A model generated the notes under the pieces. It had not been told where the DNA came from. It saw only the letters and a list, made by a program, of their open reading frames with translations, and ran no database searches. The position numbers and the translations under genes were made by a program. Below, in pieces: positions 16,845 to 23,695 of a DNA stretch of 23,695 bases. Source of the DNA: Candidatus Thorarchaeota archaeon (lineage in GTDB: Archaea > Asgardarchaeota > Thorarchaeia > Thorarchaeales > Thorarchaeaceae); the NCBI GenBank assembly GCA_016839605.1, contig JAEOTX010000230.1, forward strand, positions 1 through 23,695, given 5' to 3'. The number at the start of each line of letters is the position of its first letter. The first letter of the stretch is position 1.

Positions 16845-19178
16845 TTGAAGCAGAGAGCCGAAATCCATGTGACTGGTATTGTCCAGGGAGTTGGATTCAG
16901 GCCCTTTGTCTATCGAGTTGCCACTGACCACTCATTGGTAGGATTTGTGCTTAATCTAGGGGATGCTGGTGTTCAGATTGTTGTCGAAGGGAAGCGTAGT
17001 GAGATTGATGACTTCCTCAAACAACTGCATTCGAACCCTCCCTCCATTTCACGTATTGATTCGGTTGATATTGAATGGGGATCAGCAACAAACACCTTTG
17101 ATTCCTTTTCGATAAAGAAGTCTTCTACAAAGAGATCTACAGAGTCTGCCCCAGAGATGCCCCCTGATATTGCCATTTGTGAAGACTGTGTCGGAGAGCT
17201 GAGAAGTTCTGATTCACGATGGTATCAGTATCCGTTCACTTCATGCGCAGCATGCGGTCCAAGATACTCAACTATCACTAGTCTTCCCTACGACCGGCCA
17301 AACACTACGATGGTAGATTTTCCCCTATGTAATGTTTGTAATACAGGTTATACAAGTCCATTGGATCGAAGATATCATGCTCAGACAACAGCGTGTGATA
17401 GTTGTGGACCAAGATACCAGCTCTATGATGCAGACGGAAAACTGTTGAAGGGAATCAACTGTATCGATCAGGCAGCACGTCTGTTGGAGAGTAATTCTGT
17501 CCTCGCACTTCATGGCATAGGTGGAACGCATCTTGTGACAAAGACCTCAGACTATAAGCCGATTAGAGTTCTGAGGGAGAGAAAGAATAGGTTTCAACGG
17601 CCATTTGCCATCATGGCCAAAAATCCTGAGGTGTTATTTCAGTTCAGTGTACCCACAGAAAATGAACTACAGCTTATGAAAACTTGGCGAAGGCCTATCA
17701 TCTTAGTCAAGAAGCGTGATGGTTCAAGCCTACCTCAAGAATCACTTGAAGAGATTTCGCCCGGCTTAGATACATTGGGTGTCATGTTACCCTATGCTCC
17801 TCTTCATCATCTTCTGTTTGACAACCTTGATGAGGATGCCTTGGTAATGACAAGTGCGAATCCTACAGGTGTTCCGATGTACATAGACCCATCAGTGATA
17901 ACTTCTGAGTTGGGCGGGGTGGCAGACTATTTCTTGCTGCACAATCGACGAATCCATCAGAGAGCAGATGATTCAGTAATCAAATTCGTTGGCAGTGAAA
18001 ATCCGGTGTTCATTCGACGTGCCAGAGGTTATGTACCCGAACCTTTGGTAATGGACCACATTCATCCTTCAACAAAGGTTGTTGCAGTGGGACCTGAATT
18101 GAAATCTACTGGTGCGGTCCTTAAGTCCAAGAAAATATACATGACTCAGCATATCGGTGATACTGATCGAGTCGAGAACATTGACTTCCTCAGAAACAGC
18201 ATCAATCATCTGATGTTTCTGCTTGGTATCGATGGTGTCGATGGATACGCATGTGACTTGCATCCAGAATTCTTGAGTACAGACCTTGCGGAAAAGATTT
18301 CCTCCGAAATGGATGTGCCATTATATCGGGTACAGCACCATCATGCACATCTTGCAAGTATGCTTGTGGATCATAAAATGAATCTTGATACAAGTATTGT
18401 TTGTATTACAGCCGATGGTTATGGCTATGGTCCCAATGGAGAAGGATGGGGTGGTGACATACTTGTTGGAAACGGGACAGATTTCCTCAGAAGAGGTGGA
18501 CTGGCACCAAGCTTGTATCCTGGAGGCGATCTTTCTGCAAGATATGCAGCACGGTCTCTGATAGGTATCCTTGGAAATGCAGTTGAAACAGAAGATATCT
18601 TGACGGTGTTGTCAGGATCACGAATTGCCTCAGATATGGACCTCTCAGAAGAAACTCTTTCATTACTCTTGCGTGCAAGAAAACAGGACATCAATGTTCT
18701 TCGAAGCACTAGTGTAGGAAGATTCCTTGATGCAGCGGCAATCGCATTGCGAATCTGCTCTGAGAATTCCTATGACGGAGAGTGTCCTATGAAACTGGAA
18801 GCTCATGCATCTGATTCCGATCTTACTATTGAACCGGACTTTGTTTCAAATGGTGATGTGATAGAGCTGAACCCCGTAGACTCTCTCATTAAGATTCTGA
18901 ACCTTAAGAAAGAAGGAATTTCCATCCCCAAAATAGCATATGCCGTACAGCGGCATATTGGTCAAGCACTTGCGAATATGGCATGTGATATTGCTGAAGC
19001 TGAGGACATTGAGTATGTTGGATTTTCTGGAGGTGTGGCCTTGAATCGGATTATTACAGGAGCAATAGTTGATGTGGTTAACTCCAGAACAAAGAAATCT
19101 CTCATCCATGATAGGGTACCACCTGGAGATGGAGGTGTTTCAGCTGGACAGATAGCTGTTGCAGCTGCCAAATGCTAG
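16845..19178 (+). CDS. hypF: [NiFe]-hydrogenase maturation carbamoyltransferase
   Basis: GIVQGVGFRPFVY acylphosphatase domain, paired CxxC Zn fingers, DLHP, QHHHAH and PPGDGGVSAGQ motifs. Confidence 0.97.
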   Translation: MKQRAEIHVTGIVQGVGFRPFVYRVATDHSLVGFVLNLGDAGVQIVVEGKRSEIDDFLKQLHSNPPSISRIDSVDIEWGSATNTFDSFSIKKSSTKRSTESAPEMPPDIAICEDCVGELRSSDSRWYQYPFTSCAACGPRYSTITSLPYDRPNTTMVDFPLCNVCNTGYTSPLDRRYHAQTTACDSCGPRYQLYDADGKLLKGINCIDQAARLLESNSVLALHGIGGTHLVTKTSDYKPIRVLRERKNRFQRPFAIMAKNPEVLFQFSVPTENELQLMKTWRRPIILVKKRDGSSLPQESLEEISPGLDTLGVMLPYAPLHHLLFDNLDEDALVMTSANPTGVPMYIDPSVITSELGGVADYFLLHNRRIHQRADDSVIKFVGSENPVFIRRARGYVPEPLVMDHIHPSTKVVAVGPELKSTGAVLKSKKIYMTQHIGDTDRVENIDFLRNSINHLMFLLGIDGVDGYACDLHPEFLSTDLAEKISSEMDVPLYRVQHHHAHLASMLVDHKMNLDTSIVCITADGYGYGPNGEGWGGDILVGNGTDFLRRGGLAPSLYPGGDLSARYAARSLIGILGNAVETEDILTVLSGSRIASDMDLSEETLSLLLRARKQDINVLRSTSVGRFLDAAAIALRICSENSYDGECPMKLEAHASDSDLTIEPDFVSNGDVIELNPVDSLIKILNLKKEGISIPKIAYAVQRHIGQALANMACDIAEAEDIEYVGFSGGVALNRIITGAIVDVVNSRTKKSLIHDRVPPGDGGVSAGQIAVAAAKC

Positions 19179-19783
19179 AGTAGTGCTTCAACCGCTTTCA
19201 TTCCAAGTTCAAGAGCTTGTACATTAGTCCCTTCGAACTTCTTTGGGAATGTTGTCCGTACAATATCAATTGCTGTCTTCTTTTGAATGGGTGTAATTCC
19301 TGTCCCAAGAATTCCACCTAGCATTACCATATTCACTGACATAGAACTGCCAGCCTGTTGTGCCAAGGCCATGGCATCAATCTCAAGAATACGAGTGGTG
19401 AACTTCTTGAAACTACTGATGATTTCCTCATGACTTGGATACTCTGCTTTGCCCATTGATACTGCGACGGGATACTGAATGTGGGAACTTACTAATACGG
19501 ATCCATCTTCTGCGACGGTCTGAATCTCCCTTAGAGTTTCAACAGGTTCAAAGCCCACGAGTAAATCAGCAGTACCAGAATCAACTATTGGTCCTCTTGC
19601 TCCATCTCCAATTCGAACAGTACAGACAACATGACCTCCACGTTGAGCCATTCCATGAATCTCACCGACACGAACATTCAGTGAATCTGCGAGTGCCGCC
19701 TTTGCAAGAATCTCAGCAAGAGTAAGAACACCTTGACCTCCAACGCCAGTGATGGCAACATTGATTGTATTATTACCAGTCAT
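19175..19783 (-). CDS. iorB: Indolepyruvate:ferredoxin oxidoreductase subunit beta
   Basis: GVGGQG, EIHGMAQRGG and VNMVMLG motifs; follows iorA. Confidence 0.95.
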   Translation of the reverse strand: MTGNNTINVAITGVGGQGVLTLAEILAKAALADSLNVRVGEIHGMAQRGGHVVCTVRIGDGARGPIVDSGTADLLVGFEPVETLREIQTVAEDGSVLVSSHIQYPVAVSMGKAEYPSHEEIISSFKKFTTRILEIDAMALAQQAGSSMSVNMVMLGGILGTGITPIQKKTAIDIVRTTFPKKFEGTNVQALELGMKAVEALL

Positions 19784-19785
19784 CT

Positions 19786-21678
19786 CTATACCTCCTCTTG
19801 CTTAATTGCACCTTGAGGGCAGACAGAAACACAAGTACCGCACAGATTGCACAGTGTTTCATCTATCACCGCCTTTTCGGTTTCAGGATCCTGGTACATT
19901 GCCGGACAAGACAAACGGTTCAGACAACGCTTGCAAGCCGTACATGTTTCTTCATCAACATAATATTTGGAAGGATACTCGCCGCTTCTCTGACGTTCAG
20001 CTGCTGTAAGAAGAGCGCATGGTTCTATTGACACCATCACTGCTGGTGCTTGGTTTTCCCTAACCCATGTCACCATTTCCCTGACTTCTGCAACCATAGT
20101 CGCCATGGAATCGAATGGTTGGATAGTCTTAACATACTTCACACCAAGCCCCTTGCATACCTCTGCAATATCCAGAGGTGTAACCTGTTCTTGCATTCCC
20201 GTGACTCCTGTACCAGGATGTGGTTGGTGTCCTGTCATTGCCGTAGTTCGATTATCGAGAACTACTAAACTGATGGGGTGACTGTTGTATACTGCATTGG
20301 CAATACCGGGTAGTCCAGAAGCAAAGAAAGTACTGTCACCAATTGTAGCCACAACGTCTTGACCTGTCACACGGACAATTCCACAAGCTGTGGTGATTGA
20401 GGATCCCATATCAAAAAGGATGTCAGCAGTTTCAAGGGGCGGTGCTATACTGAGTGTGTAGCACCCGATATCTGAGGGATAGATTGCCTTTCCGCGTGTG
20501 GCGGTTCTGATAGCATAGTAAGTCGCTCTATGAGGACATCCCGCACAGAGAAGAGGAGGTCTTGGGGGCAAATCCGGAAGCTTTCCAGTCTTCTTGTCTA
20601 TCTTCTCCCAGTTAATACTTGTATTACGATTTATAATTCTAGAGAGTGCTGTGATAACAATTCGGGGACTGTACTCAAATGCCCTGGAAAAGTATCCTTG
20701 TTCTTTTCCAAGAATCTCTACAGATATCTTATTGACCTGAGCAATCCTTCTTGCATGAGTTTCTAGGAATGGTTCTAGCTCCTCAACAATCACAACTCTC
20801 TTGTGATGTTTGAGAAATTCCCCGATTTTCCCTTCAGGTACTGGATGAGTCATACCAAGTTTGAGAACTTCTGCTGAGAGTTCCATTGATTCGAGTGCTT
20901 CAAGGACGTAGTTGTATGATACCCCACTAGTGATTATTCCAAGGTCTCCTTCACCGTATGTGAAATTAAGTGAAGTTGTTTCAGAAACCTCCATTGCCTT
21001 CCTCATGGTTTCAAGAAGTATGGGATGACGTTTTCTAGCAACTGATGGTATTGGAACGAATCGAAATGGATCCTTTTCAAACTCGACTGTTGTAGGACGC
21101 TCCCTGATTTTTCCAAACTCTACAGGAGCTCTTGTATGATTGACACGTGTGGTTGTCCTAAGTAGTACTGGAAGTTCCAACTTCTCTGATATCTCATATG
21201 CCTCAATAAGCATCGATTTTGCCTCGGCAGGATCAGCTGGTTCAACCATTGGCATATTGCCCATTAGGGCATAGTATCTACTGTCATTCTCATTCTGAGA
21301 GCTCCACATACTAGGGTCGTCTGCTACCACGATGACCATACCGGCACGTACACCGATGTAAGTCAATGAAAAGAATGGATCAGCTGCGACATTGAGACCT
21401 GGCCCCTTGCATACCATCATTGATCGTACGCCTGCAACTGCGGCGGCACCAGCAACTTCCAAGGCGACCTTTTCGTTGGCACTGAACTCGAAGTAAAAGT
21501 TTGGTATGTTAGGTGCCATGAATGTGAGATTGTTACCAATTTCACTGCTTGGAGTACCAGGATAAAGCGCAACCAGTCGTACTCCAGCTTCAAGAACGCC
21601 TCGTGCTATTGCCTCGTTAGCAAGAAGAAGAGATTTCTTTCCCACTTTGTCTTCAAGAAGTTCTTTGGGTTTGGTCAA
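19786..21678 (-). CDS. iorA: Indolepyruvate:ferredoxin oxidoreductase subunit alpha
   Basis: YPGTPSSEI, NEKVALE, CAGCPHR, SDIGCY, GDSTF, DNRTTAMTGHQ and a C-terminal 2x[4Fe-4S] domain. Confidence 0.97.
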   Translation of the reverse strand: MTKPKELLEDKVGKKSLLLANEAIARGVLEAGVRLVALYPGTPSSEIGNNLTFMAPNIPNFYFEFSANEKVALEVAGAAAVAGVRSMMVCKGPGLNVAADPFFSLTYIGVRAGMVIVVADDPSMWSSQNENDSRYYALMGNMPMVEPADPAEAKSMLIEAYEISEKLELPVLLRTTTRVNHTRAPVEFGKIRERPTTVEFEKDPFRFVPIPSVARKRHPILLETMRKAMEVSETTSLNFTYGEGDLGIITSGVSYNYVLEALESMELSAEVLKLGMTHPVPEGKIGEFLKHHKRVVIVEELEPFLETHARRIAQVNKISVEILGKEQGYFSRAFEYSPRIVITALSRIINRNTSINWEKIDKKTGKLPDLPPRPPLLCAGCPHRATYYAIRTATRGKAIYPSDIGCYTLSIAPPLETADILFDMGSSITTACGIVRVTGQDVVATIGDSTFFASGLPGIANAVYNSHPISLVVLDNRTTAMTGHQPHPGTGVTGMQEQVTPLDIAEVCKGLGVKYVKTIQPFDSMATMVAEVREMVTWVRENQAPAVMVSIEPCALLTAAERQRSGEYPSKYYVDEETCTACKRCLNRLSCPAMYQDPETEKAVIDETLCNLCGTCVSVCPQGAIKQEEV

Positions 21679-21873
21679 CCACCTAGCCTCCGATCTCCCT
21701 AGCTGTAACTGGGATGAATCGTCCGGAGATGACTCAGTCTATCAACCTTGTGGTATTGGAAATTACAATCTTGTAGATTCTGTAATACATATAATACAAT
21801 AGATTGGATAGTTTTACTAGATTGGAACACGTGTTCTAACATATTGACGTACCCTATATCCAGGTATTATAGT

Positions 21874-22049
21874 CTGACACCCCTTCATTTCCAGTGGAGA
21901 TGATAAAATGGTGTGATCAGAGCGGTGAATGTATGATGATGATAAAATGGAGATAAATGCGAGCTCCATAAACGACTATTTATATATATCTATTTCGAAA
22001 AGTATCGAAACTTTCAAAAGTTTCTAATGGAAATCAAGGGGTGTGTCAG
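21874..22049. other. Archaeal origin of replication: two inverted ORB elements flanking an AT-rich unwinding element
   Basis: Minus-strand ORB TCTCCACTGGAAATGAAGGGGTGTCAG (21874-21900) and plus-strand ORB TTTCTAATGGAAATCAAGGGGTGTGTCAG (22021-22049) fit the TCCA-TGGAAA-G-string pattern. The 120-bp spacer contains TATTTATATATATCTATTT (21977-21995). Confidence 0.85.
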
Positions 22050-22073
22050 GTACTGGAACACGTGTTCCAAACA

Positions 22074-22361
22074 TCATACTTCTCTTACAACTTCAAAAAT
22101 TCTGGCCTTCAAGATGTCTGAATATGATGCAAACAGCGAATCAAAGAGAGATCTGTATTCACCAGGTACAAATATCGCAGAATCTGCCACTGCATATGCA
22201 CCTTCTGACGTATCAATGAGACCTGGTTTCCTTCGCTGCTTAATTCCAGTCTTTGTCTTCCAGGAATAGGCATATCCATACAGCTCCTTTGTGAATGAAA
22301 CACGTCGGGCATTGGTTTCACGTGCACGCCTACAATCATACAAATAGAGGAAAAATGCCAT
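22074..22361 (-). CDS. 95-aa protein, probable Cas2/VapD-like ferredoxin fold
   Basis: MAFFLYLYD (first strand ending in YD), RRVSFTKELYGY helix, DSAIFVP strand. Start reassigned to ATG 22361 because the longer ORF overlaps the next gene. Confidence 0.65.
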   Translation of the reverse strand: MAFFLYLYDCRRARETNARRVSFTKELYGYAYSWKTKTGIKQRRKPGLIDTSEGAYAVADSAIFVPGEYRSLFDSLFASYSDILKARIFEVVREV

Positions 22362-22485
22362 AGAAATTGGAACACATGTTCGTATTTTCAGGCTTAGTAA
22401 TACAAAATTGTTCCAATATGGAAAGGTTAATGCAATGGAAGTGTTCCACGCGAATTGCCTTTTGGAAGCAGGCAGGAGCTCCCAG

Positions 22486-23694
22486 ATGAACATTATCGGA
22501 CTTCGTAGCGAAGAAAAACCATTCGAGTCAAGAGTACCTATCGTTCCCAAGCATATCGCCGATCTTGCAAGTAAACACAATATTCGATTCGTTGTGGAAC
22601 CTAGTGATCAACGAGCTTTTACTGCTCACGATTTCACCGAAGTGGGTGCAGAGGTTCAGCCTCTGAAAGGAAGTGAAGTCCCTGTGGTTCTTGGAATCAA
22701 AGAAATGCCAAACAACTTCTTCGAAGGGGAGAAAGTGTACATTTTCTTCAGTCATACAATAAAGGGACAAGATGAAAACATGGACATGCTTCAACAGATC
22801 CTAGATGTTGGTGCGACTCTCATAGACTATGAACGTGTCATTGATGAGAAAGGTAGACGATTGATATTCTTTGGTAATTGGGCTGGAATGGCCGGAATAT
22901 CTGACACATTCAGAGTACTAGGTGAACGGCTGGAGTCCAAAGGAATCACACCTAATCCCTTTGCTGGATTAAAACCCAATTTGGAATGCAAGGGGCTCTC
23001 GGAGCTCAAAGAACAATTTCAAGCTCTTGGAGAAAGAATAGCAGGCATGGGCTTACCAGAAACTATGATTCCTTTTGTTGTTGGGTTTGCTGGATATGGA
23101 AATGTTTCGCGCGGCGCACAAGAGATGTTCGACATCTTACCTCACGAACAGGTGGAGCCGGATCAATTATCGAAAATATCCAGTCCGAAATCGAATGTCT
23201 TGTACAAATGTGTCTTCAAGGAGGAGCATATGGTCAAGCCAAAAGAACAAGGCGTTGAGTTTGATCTTCAAGACTACTACAAACATGGTGCCGCAAAGTA
23301 TCAGGGAGTCTTTCATGAGTATGTCCTCTATATGCCAGTCATTCTGAACTGTATCTATTGGACGGAAAAGTACCCCCGTCTCATAACAAGGGACTTTATC
23401 CGAAACCACTGGAAGGATAAGAATCGACGACTCGAGGTCGTTGGTGACATCTCTTGTGATGTTGATGGTGCCATTGAGTTCACAGTTAGAACAACCAATC
23501 CTGGAAGTCCTGCTTTTACTTACCTAGTGGATGAGAACAGAGCAGAACTTGGTGTGGAAGGAGAAGGTCCAGTTGTGATGGCTGTTGACAATCTTCCCGC
23601 CGAACTTCCACGAGAGTCATCAACTTCGTTCAGCGAAACCCTTTTGGACTACATACCCGCGCTGGCGAAGGCAGATTTCACGGTTTCCTTTGAG
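22486..23694 (+). CDS. Lysine-ketoglutarate reductase / saccharopine dehydrogenase (AASS LKR-like domain), runs off the window
   Basis: Not in the ORF track because it has no stop in the window. Manual translation gives MNIIGLRSEEKPFESRVPIVP...GIKEMP...FFSHTIKGQ...LIDYE...GYGNVSRGA...DISCD...MAVDNLPAELP. GGAG upstream. Confidence 0.9.
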   Translation, partial: MNIIGLRSEEKPFESRVPIVPKHIADLASKHNIRFVVEPSDQRAFTAHDFTEVGAEVQPLKGSEVPVVLGIKEMPNNFFEGEKVYIFFSHTIKGQDENMDMLQQILDVGATLIDYERVIDEKGRRLIFFGNWAGMAGISDTFRVLGERLESKGITPNPFAGLKPNLECKGLSELKEQFQALGERIAGMGLPETMIPFVVGFAGYGNVSRGAQEMFDILPHEQVEPDQLSKISSPKSNVLYKCVFKEEHMVKPKEQGVEFDLQDYYKHGAAKYQGVFHEYVLYMPVILNCIYWTEKYPRLITRDFIRNHWKDKNRRLEVVGDISCDVDGAIEFTVRTTNPGSPAFTYLVDENRAELGVEGEGPVVMAVDNLPAELPRESSTSFSETLLDYIPALAKADFTVSFE

Positions 23695-23695
23695 A

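Larger units (their letters stand above)
10009..21798. repeat. Dispersed tandem 9-bp-period arrays of TGTAWTACA
   Basis: Exact copies start at 10009, 11165, 13947, 15279, 16270, 17337, 18402 and 21781; most have degenerate neighbours exactly 9 bp away. Confidence 0.8.
21822..22384. repeat. Three copies of the palindrome TGGAACACGTGTTCCA
   Basis: TTGGAACACGTGTTCTAA at 21822-21839, TGGAACACGTGTTCCA at 22054-22069, TTGGAACACATGTTCGTA at 22367-22384. Confidence 0.85.

Noticed and set aside
16845-19178. Lone hypF as an unusual feature
   Set aside because: Dispersed hyp genes are common in archaea and the protein looks intact.
22054-22384. CRISPR array or cas locus near the Cas2-like gene
   Set aside because: Only three 16-18 bp palindromes at irregular spacing (about 230 and 310 bp), and no other cas genes.
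84-23409. Many short antisense or alternate-frame ORFs (e.g. 84-401, 4322-4549, 7829-8350, 22528-23409)
   Set aside because: They are shadows of well-supported CDS or tRNA genes.

Overview
Archaeal chromosomal window. The gene set (gatDE, TFE, aMBF1, PAN, aeNAC, BHB-intron tRNAs) is archaeal; an Asgard, possibly Thorarchaeia, source is my inference only. The left 10 kb holds housekeeping genes and three tRNAs: Met with a 37/38 intron, Leu, and Val with a non-canonical 44/45 intron. The right end has a typical archaeal replication origin (two inverted ORBs around an AT-rich unwinding element, about 21874-22049). No orc1/cdc6 gene lies next to it; it is flanked by 16-bp palindromes and a small Cas2/VapD-like gene. 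The strongest unexplained signal is a set of tandem 9-bp-period TGTAWTACA arrays across the origin-proximal region, inside genes as well as at promoters. One array sits in the operator position of a two-gene operon encoding an ExeA/TnsC/MuB-like AAA+ ATPase and a tailed ribbon-helix-helix protein, a candidate non-ParA chromosome partition system. A separate, apparently unclassified structured RNA of about 183 nt lies at 15385-15567. All calls were made by eye; no searches were run.
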